Made by a program: the position numbers and the translations under genes. A stretch of 64,000 nucleotides of DNA from an uncultured Pseudomonadota bacterium (GTDB lineage Bacteria; Myxococcota_A; Polyangia; Fen-1088): the NCBI GenBank assembly GCA_963847705.1, contig CAWKBC010000027.1:544001-608000 (forward strand). The letters are read 5' to 3'. The notes under the pieces were generated by a model, which saw only the letters and a list, made by a program, of their open reading frames with translations, made no database searches and had not been told where the DNA came from. Shown one piece after another: positions 18,175 through 28,674 of the stretch. The first letter of the stretch is position 1; every line of letters starts with the position of its first letter.

Positions 18175-18665
18175 TCAGCGCTGAATCTCGACCAGCAAGA
18201 CCCAGGAATTGGCGATCGCCGCGGCGAAGGAGAGCAACGCGCCAGCGGCCAACCAGTAGAGGCCACCTCCGGCGCCCAGCAGCAGCGAGACGCCACAGAC
18301 GACGAGCGGGACCGTTCCTATCTGGTGGGTGAGCGCCCGGGTCAGCGCCCAGTGAAGCGGGGCGTTCGGTATGACGGCGCGCTTCTGGAGCACCATCGGC
18401 CAGATCCAGACCAGCGCGGCCACGGCGAGGATCTCCGCGCCCAGGGCCACCCGCGGCTGCCCGGGAATGAGACCCAGCGAGGCGATGACCAGGACGGCCA
18501 TCAACATCATCAGCGACTTCCGGCACGGCCCGGGAGCTGCGGGAACGCCAGCACCTTCGTCAGGTTGATCGAGACGGCCACGAACAAGAGCCCGGTCAGC
18601 GCGGCCGCCGCGCCGACCTCGGCGACGAAGAAGGTCTCCCATCCCGCCGTGGCGTAGGGGCTCAT
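18175..18665 (-). pseudogene. Small multi-TM membrane protein split by a 1-nt frameshift (possibly a sequencing error)
   Basis: ATG 18665 gives MSPYATAGWETFFVAEVGAAAALTGLLFVAVSINLTKVLAFPQLPGRAG then a premature TGA at 18510-18512. The next frame continues SLMMLMAVLVIASLGLIPGQ...NSWVLLVEIQR. One extra base near 18518 would join them as GRAGESLMML. Confidence 0.75.
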
Positions 18666-18777
18666 GCGCCGCGCAGCCTATCACGGTCGAAAACCGCGCC
18701 ACACCGCGTGTAAGATGAGCTCGCGTGGCGAACCTGCGATTCGGTGCTGCTTGCGCGGGGCTGCTCACCGGCGCGCG

Positions 18778-19989
18778 ATGAGGTTGCACTTCAAGGACGA
18801 GCTCTACGACGCGCAGCTGTTGCGCGCGGTCAGCCACGCGACCTATCACGGGGCCGAGCTCGGCGAGTGTCTGGCGACGGTCGCAGGGGTGAGGGAGCTC
18901 GACGCCGACGGCTGGTACGACGCCTGGATGAAGTCCGCCCGCCGGGTTCAGGCGCTCGGCGACGAGAGCCTCGCCGCCGGGCAGTCGGTCTCTGCCCGCG
19001 GCGCCTACCTGCGGGCCTCGAACTACTACCGGACCGCCTACGTCTTCATTTTCAAGAAGCCGCTCGACGAGCGTCTGAGGGCTGCCTACGATGGGCAGTC
19101 GGAGACGTTCCGAAAGGCGGCGGCGCTGTTTCGTCCGGCGTTCGAATTCGTCGGCGTTCCGTACGAGAGTGGCGCGCTGCCCGCGTACGTCGCCAGGGTC
19201 GACGATCGAAGGCGTCCGCTCTTGATCCTCGTGGGCGGATACGACAGCACGATGGAGGAGTCGTACTTCTTCAACGTTCAGGCGGCGCTCGCGCGCGGCT
19301 ACCACTGCCTCTGCTTCGACGGGCCAGGGCAGGGGGAGATGCTGGTCAAGCGCGCGACGCCGTTTCGCGCCGACTGGGAGGCGGTCGTGCGGCCGGTGGT
19401 CGACTACGCGCGAACCCGACCGGAGGTCGACGGGGACAACATCGTCTTGATGGGTCTCAGCTTCGGCGGCTACCTGGCGGCGCGCGCGGCCGCCGGCGAG
19501 CCGCGGCTTCGCGCCTGCGTCGTCGATCCGGGACAATTCGACATCCATGACGCGATCGTCGCCCGGCTGCCGGGGCCTCTGCGCGGTTTCGTGGGGAGCA
19601 CGAACAGGCTCAAACGCGCGCTGCTGCGCGCCATCTTCAAGTCGGTGCTCGCCCATCCCAGCAAAGGGTGGGCGATGCGGCGCGCGCTGCTGGTCCACGA
19701 TCTGCCGACCGTCGAGGCGTACCTCGACCTGATGCGCTCGTACACGCTGCGGGGGTTCGCCGAAAAGATTTCGTGCCCGACGCTGGTCTGTGACGCCGAG
19801 AACGATGATATCGCCGCCTTCGCCCGGACCTTCTTCGAGCAGCTCACCTGTCCCAAGGCCTATCTGCGATTCCTGGGGAGCGAAGGGGCAGGAGCCCACT
19901 GCGAGATGGGAGGCCGCGCGCTCTTCCATCAGAAGGTCTTCGCCTGGCTGGAGGGGCTCGGTGGGGCCCTGGCCAGCCCGGGCGGGTAG
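18778..19989 (+). CDS. Alpha/beta hydrolase (2,6-dihydroxypseudooxynicotine hydrolase/S9-like)
   Basis: YLRASNYY, GGYDS, FDGPGQG, nucleophile elbow GLSFGG, C-terminal GAGAHCE. Confidence 0.85.
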   Translation: MRLHFKDELYDAQLLRAVSHATYHGAELGECLATVAGVRELDADGWYDAWMKSARRVQALGDESLAAGQSVSARGAYLRASNYYRTAYVFIFKKPLDERLRAAYDGQSETFRKAAALFRPAFEFVGVPYESGALPAYVARVDDRRRPLLILVGGYDSTMEESYFFNVQAALARGYHCLCFDGPGQGEMLVKRATPFRADWEAVVRPVVDYARTRPEVDGDNIVLMGLSFGGYLAARAAAGEPRLRACVVDPGQFDIHDAIVARLPGPLRGFVGSTNRLKRALLRAIFKSVLAHPSKGWAMRRALLVHDLPTVEAYLDLMRSYTLRGFAEKISCPTLVCDAENDDIAAFARTFFEQLTCPKAYLRFLGSEGAGAHCEMGGRALFHQKVFAWLEGLGGALASPGG

Positions 19990-20001
19990 AGTCACCTCAT
20001 C

Positions 20002-20643
20002 GTGGCGTTCTTCGATCCACCGCCCGCTCCCTCGGGGGGGCTGCACGCAGCCGCCACCGAGCGGAACCGTGGGCCCATCCTGGAGGTTCTCCGGCGTGTC
20101 CTTCCGCCCGCCGGGGTGGTGCTGGAGATCGCCAGCGGAACGGGGCAGCACGCGGCGTTCTTCGCGTGCGAGCTGCCCGCGCTCGGCTGGCAGCCGTCGG
20201 ACCCGTCGCCCGCCCACCTCGACAGCATCCGCGCCTGGACGGTCGCCTCCGGCGCAAGCAACATCGCGGCGCCGTTGCCGCTGAACGTCGAGCGCCTGCC
20301 CTGGCCGATCACCCAGGCCGACGCGATCTTGAACATCAACATGATCCACATCGCCCCCTGGTCGGCGGCCGAGGCGCTGTTTCGCGGGGCCGCGCGCCTG
20401 TTGCCAGCGGCCGGCGTGCTCTTTCTTTACGGTCCCTTCAAGCGCGAGGGGCAGCACACGGCGGAGAGCAACGCGCGCTTCGACGAGCGGCTGCGCGGCG
20501 AGGACGCCCGCTGGGGCGTGCGCGACCTCGGCGACGTTCAGACGCTGGCCGCCGCGGCCGGATTCGGGGCGCCCGAGGTGATCGCCATGCCAGCGAACAA
20601 TCTCTCGCTGGTGTTTCGCCGGAGCGGGCGCGCCGGGTTCTAG
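20002..20643 (+). CDS. DUF938 family SAM-dependent methyltransferase
   Basis: ERNRGPILEVL, VLEIASGTGQH, WQPSD, NMIHIAPW, LYGPF, WGVRD, MPANNL. Confidence 0.9.
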   Translation: MAFFDPPPAPSGGLHAAATERNRGPILEVLRRVLPPAGVVLEIASGTGQHAAFFACELPALGWQPSDPSPAHLDSIRAWTVASGASNIAAPLPLNVERLPWPITQADAILNINMIHIAPWSAAEALFRGAARLLPAAGVLFLYGPFKREGQHTAESNARFDERLRGEDARWGVRDLGDVQTLAAAAGFGAPEVIAMPANNLSLVFRRSGRAGF

Positions 20644-20662
20644 CGCAGTCCTGAGCGCAGTC

Positions 20663-22159
20663 CTAGAGCCGGCTGGCGTAGGCCGTCTTCATCAGGGGGT
20701 AGAGCGCCAGGTCGGGCAGGGCGGTGTAGCTGTTCCCCGACCGCTGCCAGAGCGCGTGGGTCGTGGTCGAGGAGTCGGACGGCTGCGCTTCGTTCCAGTC
20801 CCCTTGCGTGGTCGGCTCCCAGTCGAACGTTCCCAGCCCCTGGTTGTTGGGCAGCCCGAACACGACGTCATTGATCTGCCGCTCCATCGGGCCGTACTCG
20901 GCGGCGAAGAACCGGATGTTCGGATAGTTTGTGGCCAGCTGCGAGAACGTCGTCTGCCAGCCGTTCTGCGTGTTGGTCTGGCTGTTGATGTCCCCTTGGT
21001 ACTGCTGGTAGCAGGACTCGCCGAAGGTGTCCGGGGTGGCGCCCTGTTTGATCGCGCTGTCGAGCCAGCTCTTGCTGGTCGAGTAGGTGCTGCCGCGATC
21101 GATGTGGAACGAAATCAGGATCCCGGTGTCGACATCCTTGACGCCCTGGATGCCGGCCTTGAGCAGCATGCCCAGGTTCGGCCAGCCCGCGGTCGAGGCG
21201 GCGCCGGTGACCTTCGGTGTCATCCCGTCGATCGGCTGCCCGCCCGAGTCGCAGAGGTGGAGCAGCATGCCGGGCGTCGTCTCGTTGCCGATCTGGACCA
21301 TGTCCGGCCGCGCGCCGCCCGCGATGAGTGCGGTGATCGAGCTCTTCACGTAATCGTGCAGCGCCCCCGAGAGGTCGGCGATGTTGGTGTAACCCTGCCA
21401 GGCGACCGGCACGCACTGCTTGCCCGGGTCGGCCCAGTTGTCGCTCATGTGGAAGTCGATGAGCAAGCCCATCCCGGCGGCCTTGACCAGCGCGCCGAAC
21501 GCGACGGTGTGCGTGATGTCGTCGTAGCCGTTGGTCCTGTCGTATCCGTCGGCGGCCTTCGGGTCGACGAAGGTCCGCAGGCGGACGAAGTTGAAGCCGT
21601 TGGCCTTCATCGAGGTGAGCAGGTTGTTGATGGCTGTCGTTCCGGCCGGCTCCTGATCGGTGACGTCGGCGCCCAGGAAGTAACTCGGCAGAGTGCTCGT
21701 TCCCGCGCCGCCGGTTCCGGTCGCGCCGCCGGTCGCCTTGGCACCGGCCGCGCCCCCGGTTCCGGTGGTTCCGCCGCTGGCCTTGGCGCCCGCGGCGCCG
21801 CCGGTTCCGGTGGTTCCGCCGGTGGCTGCGGCGCCGCCGCTGCCTTTTGCGCCGGCCGCGCCCCCGCCGGTTCCCGTGACGCCGCCGGTGGCTGTGGCGC
21901 CGCCGGTGCCTTTTGCGCCGGCCGCGCCCCCGCCGGTCCCCGTGACGCCGGTGCCCCCGGTCCCGCTGCCGCCGGCGCCCGAACCACCTGTTCCGCTCGC
22001 GCTACCTCCCGAGCCGCTGCCACCGCTGCCGGTACCGCCGCTGGCCGTCGCTCCACCGGTGTCGGAAGCACCGCCCTCACCCGTGTCGCCGGTCCCCTGG
22101 CCGTTGGTGCAGCCCCAGAAGGTCGCCGCGAGGAGAAGGACACAGGTGGATTTGTGCAT
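20663..22159 (-). CDS. GH53 endo-1,4-beta-galactanase lipoprotein with Gly/Thr-rich linker
   Basis: Lipobox FWGC; TGG linker; GADV, NFVRLR.FVDP, DFHMSDNWADPGKQ, MVQIGNE (acid/base), AAEY (nucleophile), WEP. Confidence 0.9.
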   Translation of the reverse strand: MHKSTCVLLLAATFWGCTNGQGTGDTGEGGASDTGGATASGGTGSGGSGSGGSASGTGGSGAGGSGTGGTGVTGTGGGAAGAKGTGGATATGGVTGTGGGAAGAKGSGGAAATGGTTGTGGAAGAKASGGTTGTGGAAGAKATGGATGTGGAGTSTLPSYFLGADVTDQEPAGTTAINNLLTSMKANGFNFVRLRTFVDPKAADGYDRTNGYDDITHTVAFGALVKAAGMGLLIDFHMSDNWADPGKQCVPVAWQGYTNIADLSGALHDYVKSSITALIAGGARPDMVQIGNETTPGMLLHLCDSGGQPIDGMTPKVTGAASTAGWPNLGMLLKAGIQGVKDVDTGILISFHIDRGSTYSTSKSWLDSAIKQGATPDTFGESCYQQYQGDINSQTNTQNGWQTTFSQLATNYPNIRFFAAEYGPMERQINDVVFGLPNNQGLGTFDWEPTTQGDWNEAQPSDSSTTTHALWQRSGNSYTALPDLALYPLMKTAYASRL

Positions 22160-22325
22160 TTTTGGAGGCTCTCACCTTCCAAGGGGCAGCGAATCGATTT
22201 CGTTGCTCGGGAGCGGTCGGTCATGGCGCGATACGTCAGCGGCGCCCGGATCTCCTTCCCTGGCGATCCCACCTCCGGAAGCGAGAGAGCCGAAGAGTGG
22301 CCGCTGGGAAACAAATTTGCCCGAG

Positions 22326-23960
22326 ATGAACCCTCTGGATGATGTGGGCTTCAGCGTGAGACCATCGCGGGCTGGGTCGTTGGCGCTGGCGTTCGCCTTG
22401 GTGGCGATCGGGTGCTCGTCGGGAGCGTCGCCAGACGACGGCGGCGAAGGCTCGGGAACGGGGGGACACCTCACCGCGGGCAGCGGAGGCCAGGGCGGGG
22501 GTGGCGCGACCGGGGAGATGAGCGGCGGGACGACCGGCCTGGGAGGCACTGGCGGCAAAGGGGGCGGGGCCGCCAGCGGCGGCTCGGTCGGTTCGGGCGG
22601 AGCAAGCGGTGGGGGCGGAGGGTCGTCCGGCGGGACCGCCGGCGCTGCCGCTGCGACCGGCGGGGGCGCGGGCGATGGCGGCGGGAAAGGCGGCGGCGCG
22701 GGCAACGGTGGGGTCGCCAGCAAGGGCGGCAACGGTGGTGCGGGCAACGGCGGCGTCGCCGGCAAGGGCGGCAACGGTGGCGCGGGCAACGGCGGCGCCA
22801 CCGGCAAGGGCGGCAACGGCGCCGCGGGCAACGGTGGCGCGAGCACCTGCGGCGGCGGCAACGGCGCCCTGCCCGCCACCGGCCTGGCGGTGCGCTTCGC
22901 GAACGCCGTGATGTCGCGCTGGCCCGATCCGGCCAACATCACGAGCCAGAGCGGCTGGGAGTACAACCACGGGATCGTCCTGCGCGGGATGCAGCAGGTC
23001 TGGTCGCACAGCTGCGACCCGAAGATCGTCAGCTACATCCAGAAATACGCCGACGAGTCCGTCAACGCCGCCGGTACCGTGAACATCCCGGCGGCGCACA
23101 GCTTCGACAACATCGAGCCGTCGGTGCTGCTGCCGTTCCTCTATCAGCAGACGGGGATGGCCAAGTACCACACCGCCGCCGACCAGATCCGCGCCCGCTA
23201 CGACACGATCCCGACCAACGCCGACGGCGGCTTCTGGCACAAGCAGACCTACCCGAACCAGATGTGGCTCGACAGCATCTACATGGGCGAGCCGTTCCTC
23301 GACCAGTACGGCGTCGTGTTCGGCTCGTGCGGGACGTTCTGCTCCGACACGATCTTCAAGCAGATGCTGCTGCTGTCCCAGCACGTGCGCGACACGACGA
23401 CCGGGTTGCTGTACCACGCCTGGGACGACAGCCCCGCCGGCCAGAAGGCCGCCTGGGCCGACCCGACGACGGGGCGGTCGTCGGTGGTGTGGGATCGGGC
23501 CCTCGGTTGGTACGCGATGGCGCTGGTCGACATGCTCCCCGACCTGCCGGCGGGCGCGAACCGCGACAGCCTGCTGGCGATCCTGGGCGGCATCGCGGCC
23601 GCGCTGAAGAAGGACCAGGATCCGGCGACCGGCCTCTGGTTCGAGGTGGTCGACGCGGGGAGCATGAGCACCGACTGGGTCGAGACCTCGGGAAGCGGGA
23701 TGTTCGTCTACGCGCTCAAGGTCGGGGTGAACCGCGGCTACCTCGATTCGAGCTACCTGGCGGTGGCCAACAAGGGGTGGCAGGGCCTGCAGACCAAGGT
23801 GACGACCGATTCGGGCGGTCTGCCGACCATCACCGACGCGGTCCAGGGGGTCAGCGTCGGGGACAATTACGCGGCCTACATCAACCAAACGACGCTCTCG
23901 AACTCGAGTCACGGCCTGTGCGCAATCTTGCTGGCCGCGTCGGAAATGGAGGCGCAGTAG
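22326..23960 (+). CDS. GH105 unsaturated rhamnogalacturonyl hydrolase lipoprotein with Gly-rich linker
   Basis: Lipobox AIGC; WEYNHG, GGFWHK..YPNQMWLDSIYM, TGLLYHAWD, W.RALGW, ETSGSGMF.Y. Start 22326 or GTG 22356. Confidence 0.88.
   Translation: MNPLDDVGFSVRPSRAGSLALAFALVAIGCSSGASPDDGGEGSGTGGHLTAGSGGQGGGGATGEMSGGTTGLGGTGGKGGGAASGGSVGSGGASGGGGGSSGGTAGAAAATGGGAGDGGGKGGGAGNGGVASKGGNGGAGNGGVAGKGGNGGAGNGGATGKGGNGAAGNGGASTCGGGNGALPATGLAVRFANAVMSRWPDPANITSQSGWEYNHGIVLRGMQQVWSHSCDPKIVSYIQKYADESVNAAGTVNIPAAHSFDNIEPSVLLPFLYQQTGMAKYHTAADQIRARYDTIPTNADGGFWHKQTYPNQMWLDSIYMGEPFLDQYGVVFGSCGTFCSDTIFKQMLLLSQHVRDTTTGLLYHAWDDSPAGQKAAWADPTTGRSSVVWDRALGWYAMALVDMLPDLPAGANRDSLLAILGGIAAALKKDQDPATGLWFEVVDAGSMSTDWVETSGSGMFVYALKVGVNRGYLDSSYLAVANKGWQGLQTKVTTDSGGLPTITDAVQGVSVGDNYAAYINQTTLSNSSHGLCAILLAASEMEAQ
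22701..22841 (+). repeat. Coding tandem repeat with a 42-bp (14-aa) unit in the GH105 linker
   Basis: GNGGVASKGGNGGA / GNGGVAGKGGNGGA / GNGGATGKGGNGAA / GNGGA. Confidence 0.8.
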
Positions 23961-24089
23961 CCGGGCCCTCCCCGTAACTTGCGGAATTCCCAATAAAAAA
24001 TAGTTACCCACCTGTCGTGATTCGTGTTGCTTGAACCTACCAGGGGCGTAGATTGGGCCTCGATCGAGGTTGACGACGGGGGTAAGGAA

Positions 24090-24896
24090 ATGCGTAAGAC
24101 ACTTTTTTCGCTGGTGGCGGTGACGGTGGGTCTCTCGGCAGTCGGATCGCCGGCGCGCGCGCGGAAGGTGTCCGAGGAGACGCAACGACGCGCGTTGCTC
24201 AGCCAGCTGGCGGCGGCGTCGGCCGAGGTGGCGCCCGAGGAGCGCACCGACGCCGACCTGATGTACGAGGCGATGCGGCAGTGGCACGGCGATCCGCGTG
24301 GAAGCGCCGCGGTCGATCGGGCGCTCGCGCAATCGAAGAAGGACATCGGGCTCGATCGCAAGCAGATCGCGGAGAAGGTCCGCAGGCTGTTCTGGAAGGA
24401 TCCCTTCTCCGACGAGGTGGTCCCGGTCTCGAAGTCCGACCGCGATCTCCTGCGGGCGCACGCCGCGCGGGAGTCGCGCGTGCGCGACGACGCGCGTGAG
24501 GACGAGGTCGCGCGCCTGCGGGCCGAGGTCGCCGCCACGCGCGCCGAGAACGCGCGTCTGAGGTCGGAGCTGGCCCGGACCGACGAGGGCGCGAGCAGCA
24601 GCGAGACGGTCGTTGCGCAGACGGAGTGCGCGCTTCCCAGCCGACGTCTTCACGCGGGCAACGCGAGCGGCGGGCATTCCCGGCGCGACGGCGGTGAGCT
24701 GGAAGCTTTGAACGCGCCGGCGCACCACCGCCGGTCGGGGGCGTCGAAGATGCCCGTGCAGCCCGAGGCGCCGGCCGAGCCCGTTGCTGCCGCGGCTCCT
24801 GCAGAGGCCGTCACCGGACCTCCGGCGGGATGGCAGAGCAGCGATCCGCGCGGGATCATCGTCGTCCCGATCACCGCCTCCATCCACGGGCACTAG
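24090..24896 (+). CDS. Exported hypothetical protein with a coiled-coil segment
   Basis: SD TAAGGA; signal peptide ending SPARA; heptad-like EVARLRAEVAATRAENARLRSEL; Pro/Ala-rich tail. Confidence 0.65.
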   Translation: MRKTLFSLVAVTVGLSAVGSPARARKVSEETQRRALLSQLAAASAEVAPEERTDADLMYEAMRQWHGDPRGSAAVDRALAQSKKDIGLDRKQIAEKVRRLFWKDPFSDEVVPVSKSDRDLLRAHAARESRVRDDAREDEVARLRAEVAATRAENARLRSELARTDEGASSSETVVAQTECALPSRRLHAGNASGGHSRRDGGELEALNAPAHHRRSGASKMPVQPEAPAEPVAAAAPAEAVTGPPAGWQSSDPRGIIVVPITASIHGH

Positions 24897-24960
24897 GCGC
24901 GCGCGTTGAGCGCCGGGTGGCGCCAGGGCGGCGCGGCGAAACGCCGCGCGGTGCGCGTGG

Positions 24961-25680
24961 CTACTGGTCCGCGCGCGAAACGAGACGCCTGACGAAAGCG
25001 GTGGCCGGCTCCGCGGCCAGAGCTGCCAGCTGTCCGCGCTGCACGACGGCGCCGGCCTCGAGCACCACCACGTCCCCCTCGAGGGCTTCGGCGTCGGCGC
25101 GATCGTGGGTCACCACCACGGTCGGCAGCGACCAGGCGCGCAAGCGCGCGGCCAGGAAGCGCCGCATGTCGCGGCGGAGCGAGACGTCGAGCGCCGCCAG
25201 CGGCTCATCGAGCAGGAGCGCGCGCGGTCGCGCGGCCAGCGCGCGGGCCAGGGCCACCCGCTGCGTTTCACCGCCCGACAGCTCGGCGGGATGCCGCGTC
25301 GCCAGCGCCTCGACCTCGAGATCGCGCAACATCTCGCGCGCCAGCCGCAGGCGCTCCGCGCGAGCGGGCGCGGCCACCCCGTAGCCGACGTTGGAGAGGA
25401 CATCGAGATGCGGGAAGAGGGCGTAGCGCTGGGGAAGAAACCCGATCCGGCGCTGCTCCACCGGGAGATCGAGCCCGCGCTCGGCGTCGAAGAGCGGCGC
25501 GCCGTCGAGGGTGACGCGGCCGCGGCTCGGTCGGGTGGCGCCGAGGATCATCATGAGCGTCTGGGTCTTCCCCGCACCGTTGGGTCCGACCAGCACCAGC
25601 GGCCTGGCCTCGGCGCGAAAGGCGACCTCGATCGCCAGCGTTCCGGCCGTTCCCTGCAGCGCAACCTCGAGCCCGCTCAC
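24961..25680 (-). CDS. modC: Molybdate ABC transporter ATP-binding protein (no obvious TOBE domain)
   Basis: [34 protein letters not shown]; in operon with modB and modA. Confidence 0.88.
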   Translation of the reverse strand: MSGLEVALQGTAGTLAIEVAFRAEARPLVLVGPNGAGKTQTLMMILGATRPSRGRVTLDGAPLFDAERGLDLPVEQRRIGFLPQRYALFPHLDVLSNVGYGVAAPARAERLRLAREMLRDLEVEALATRHPAELSGGETQRVALARALAARPRALLLDEPLAALDVSLRRDMRRFLAARLRAWSLPTVVVTHDRADAEALEGDVVVLEAGAVVQRGQLAALAAEPATAFVRRLVSRADQ

Positions 25681-26504
25681 CGCCGCGCCCCCGCGCGGAT
25701 GGCGACCAGCAGCGCGAAGGCGACCGCCACCAGGAGGATCGAGAGGCTCTGGGCGGTGCGGAGATCAGATTCGAGCGCCGTGTAGATGGCCAGCGGCATC
25801 GTCTGCGTTCGTCCGCTCATGTTGCCGGCGAACATCAACGTGGCGCCGAACTCGCCGAGCGCACGGGCCCAGCTCATCGCTGCCCCGCCCGCCAGGCTGG
25901 GCCACGAGACCGGGATGGCGACCGTGAAGAGGAGGCGCGGGGGGGAGGCGCCCAGCGTGCGCGCCACCAGAACCAGATCGGGATCGAGGCGACGAAAGGC
26001 TGCGATGGCGGCTTGCAGATAGAAGGGCGCGGCCACGAACGTCTGGGCCACGACCACGGCCGCCCGGGTGAACGGCAGACCGATTCCCGCCGCCGCCAGC
26101 CCCGGGCCGAGCAGGCCCCGGCGCCCGAAGGCCAGCAGCAGCGCCACGCCTGCCACCGCGGGCGGCAGCACCACCGGCAGCTCGACGAGGGTCTCCAGCA
26201 GGCGCCAGATCCGGCCCGCGTTTTCCCCCCGGTCGACGCGGCCGGTGCGGCGGGCGATCAGCCAGCCGAGCGGTGTGCCGCAGGTCAGGATCACCAGCAG
26301 GCTGACCGTCGTGGTGAAGAGCGTCAGGCGCAGCGCCGGGACGACCAGCGGATCGGAGAGGCCGGCGAGGAGCTGGCGCGGCGACGCGGAGAACAGCAGC
26401 CCGGCGACCGGGAGCGCGACGAGAAGCAGAAGCAGGCCCGACAGAAGTCCGAGCGCGCCCGGCCAGGCGATCGCCAGGAGCGCACGACGCCGCGCCGCGC
26501 TCAC
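25677..26504 (-). CDS. modB: Molybdate ABC transporter permease
   Basis: [47 protein letters not shown]. Confidence 0.93.
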   Translation of the reverse strand: MSAARRRALLAIAWPGALGLLSGLLLLLVALPVAGLLFSASPRQLLAGLSDPLVVPALRLTLFTTTVSLLVILTCGTPLGWLIARRTGRVDRGENAGRIWRLLETLVELPVVLPPAVAGVALLLAFGRRGLLGPGLAAAGIGLPFTRAAVVVAQTFVAAPFYLQAAIAAFRRLDPDLVLVARTLGASPPRLLFTVAIPVSWPSLAGGAAMSWARALGEFGATLMFAGNMSGRTQTMPLAIYTALESDLRTAQSLSILLVAVAFALLVAIRAGARR

Positions 26505-27307
26505 CGACCGGGACAGGAGACGAACCCTGCCTCGCGCAGCACGGTGGCACCCGCCGGCGAGCGCACGAGGTCGATGAAGGCGCGCGCCAGGGTGGGGTTG
26601 GGCGCCGCCTGCAGCGCGGCGATCGGGTAGGCCGCCGTCACGTTGAGCTCCGGGGGGATCTCCACCACGGCGACCTTGCCCTTGGCCGCGAGCGCGTCGC
26701 TGCGGTAGACGATCCCCGCGTCGGCCTCGCCGAGCACGACCTTGGCCAGCACCTGGCGAACGTTCAGCTCGCGCGAGACGATCTTGGCCTGGAGACGCGT
26801 CGCAAAGTCGGGCCCCAGCTTGGCCGACGCCTTCTGCCAGATCTGCAGCGTGTAGGCGCCGATGGGGACCTCGGGCGCGCCGACCACGATGCGCTCGGCG
26901 CGCGGCAGGTCGGCGAAGCTCTTCAGCGAGGCCCCGAGGGCGCTGCGAACGACGATGACCGGCTCGTTGCAGGCGAAGAGGGCCGGCCCGACGACCAACC
27001 CCTCGCTGGCGAGCGCGTCCATGTGGCGCTGGTCGGCCGAGGCGAAGACGTCGGCGACGGCGCCATGCTCGAGCTGCGCGCGAAGCTCCTGGCTGCCCGC
27101 CGTGTTGGCGACGACGTGGGTCCCGGCGTGGTCCTTTTCGAACCGCGCGGCCAGCGCGGCGAACGCCTCCTTCAACGACGCGGCCTCGAACACCACCAGC
27201 TCACCCCCCGGCGGATTGGCCGCGACGGCCAGGCCGCGCCCGAGGGTTGTGGCGAGGAGGACGGCCGCGAGAAGAGACGCGATCAGGAAGCTTGGAGGTC
27301 GGCGCAT
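26501..27307 (-). CDS. modA: Molybdate ABC transporter substrate-binding protein
   Basis: Signal peptide; [15 protein letters not shown]...[32 protein letters not shown]. Confidence 0.92.
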   Translation of the reverse strand: MRRPPSFLIASLLAAVLLATTLGRGLAVAANPPGGELVVFEAASLKEAFAALAARFEKDHAGTHVVANTAGSQELRAQLEHGAVADVFASADQRHMDALASEGLVVGPALFACNEPVIVVRSALGASLKSFADLPRAERIVVGAPEVPIGAYTLQIWQKASAKLGPDFATRLQAKIVSRELNVRQVLAKVVLGEADAGIVYRSDALAAKGKVAVVEIPPELNVTAAYPIAALQAAPNPTLARAFIDLVRSPAGATVLREAGFVSCPGR

Positions 27308-27315
27308 GCCTGTTT

Positions 27316-28674
27316 CTACCCCGAGGCGCCTCCCGGGGGCGCGTCCAACTCGACCTCCACGGTCGTCCCCGCGCCCGGCGCGGAGGTCAGCTTGAACCGG
27401 CCGCCGCGGGCCCTGATTCGCTCGCGCATTCCCAGCACGCCGAGGTGGCCGTTCGCCGCCGCGTCGTCGAGCGTGCCGAGGTCGAAGCCCCGGCCGTCGT
27501 CCTCGACCGAGAGCGAAATTCGGGTCGCGGAGCGGACGATGCGCACGTCGAGCCGCCGGGCCGAGGCGTGGCGGAGGGCGTTGGTGATCGACTCCTGCAC
27601 CACGCGGAAGCAAGCGATCTCCAGGTCGGACGGCAGGCGCGCCATCGTTCCCGGGCCGGGCTCCTCGGCGCGCAGATCGATCGCCAGGCCGGAGATCTGG
27701 GCCTGGGTCTCCAGATAGACCCGCAGCGCGGAGACCAGCCCGACCTCGTCGAGGAGCGGCGGGCGAAGATCGACCGAGATCTTGCGGACGCGGGAGATCA
27801 AGTCGTCGACCAGCGCGATCGGTTCGGTGGTGGGGTTCGCCGGGTTGCTCGCCGGCCCGCCCGCGCGCTCGCCGAGCTGAAGGCGCAGCTTGAGCGCCGT
27901 GAGCGTCTGTCCGAGCTCGTCGTGCAGCTCGCGCGAGAGGAACCGGCGCTCCTCCTCCTTCGTCGCCTCCAGCTTCTGGTGAAGCCGGCCCAACCTGTCG
28001 TAGGCCACCCGCAGGTCCTGTTCCTGTTTCGCCCGCTCGGCCGCGGCGACCTGCAGCCGCACCAGCGCCTCGGTCACGGCGCGCCCGTTGGCCTCGACGT
28101 GGCGGATGACGAAGTCGATCACCGACATCAGCAAGACCGACAGCAACGACGAGGTCGTCCCCATCCGGAGCCAGTTGCGAAAGCGATAGGGATCGGTGTC
28201 CGCCGCCGTCAGCGTCAAGACGTGGTGCGAGGCCAAGAAACCGATGCAGACGTAGGCGGCCGCGGTGACGCCGATGATGGCGAATCCGATCCGGCGGCTG
28301 GCTGCGATGAGAGCCAGGACGGAGAACGTCGCCAGCGAGACGCTGAGGCCGGCGGTGAGGCCAATCCGCCCCAGCAGGAAGATGCTGGTGGTGCAGGCGG
28401 TGGCGAGCATCAGCAGGGAGCGCGTCGCCAGTGATCCGCGCATGAGCCGGTAGAAAGGGAGCAAGAGGCCGATCGCCAGCAGCATGGCGTCGTCGAGCCA
28501 GGAGCGCGGGCCGGCGCGAAGCAGGAACGCCGAGGTGACCACCGGCGGCGCGAGGAGCGCGGCCATGGTCAACATCCCGAGCCGGACGCTCTCCCTCCAG
28601 GCGTCGGGCCTCGGCGCGCCCGGCAAGCTCGGCTCCTCCGGCAAGCTCGGCAAGTTTGGGTCCTCTGCACCCAT
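27316..28674 (-). CDS. Membrane sensor histidine kinase (HisKA_3, NarX/UhpB-like)
   Basis: Several N-terminal TM helices; EERRFLSRELHDELGQ.LT, LRPPLLD, FRVVQESITNALRH, EDDGRGF, HLGVLGMRER. Confidence 0.9.
   Translation of the reverse strand: MGAEDPNLPSLPEEPSLPGAPRPDAWRESVRLGMLTMAALLAPPVVTSAFLLRAGPRSWLDDAMLLAIGLLLPFYRLMRGSLATRSLLMLATACTTSIFLLGRIGLTAGLSVSLATFSVLALIAASRRIGFAIIGVTAAAYVCIGFLASHHVLTLTAADTDPYRFRNWLRMGTTSSLLSVLLMSVIDFVIRHVEANGRAVTEALVRLQVAAAERAKQEQDLRVAYDRLGRLHQKLEATKEEERRFLSRELHDELGQTLTALKLRLQLGERAGGPASNPANPTTEPIALVDDLISRVRKISVDLRPPLLDEVGLVSALRVYLETQAQISGLAIDLRAEEPGPGTMARLPSDLEIACFRVVQESITNALRHASARRLDVRIVRSATRISLSVEDDGRGFDLGTLDDAAANGHLGVLGMRERIRARGGRFKLTSAPGAGTTVEVELDAPPGGASG

Noticed and set aside
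18175-20457. 760-aa minus-strand ORF
   Set aside because: Mostly antisense to the hydrolase and DUF938 genes; only the last ~115 codons belong to the frameshifted membrane gene.
20642-20664. Short direct repeat AGCGCAGTCCT twice between convergent stops
   Set aside because: Only 11 bp with one base between the copies; most likely a local duplication, not a target-site duplication.
21693-22325. Apparent Pro-rich N-terminal extension of the 755-aa GH105 ORF
   Set aside because: It is the antisense of the GH53 linker; the signal peptide and lipobox begin after 22326.
23961-24089. AT-richer patch with GTAAC...GTTAC inverted ends
   Set aside because: Too short and degenerate to call an operator or an element end; compatible with ordinary promoter DNA.
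24927-24955. Hairpin GCGCGGCG-AAA-CGCCGCGC considered as a further copy of the structured repeat
   Set aside because: It lacks the GCGGGAG and GGAACCC elements; probably an ordinary terminator-like stem between convergent genes.
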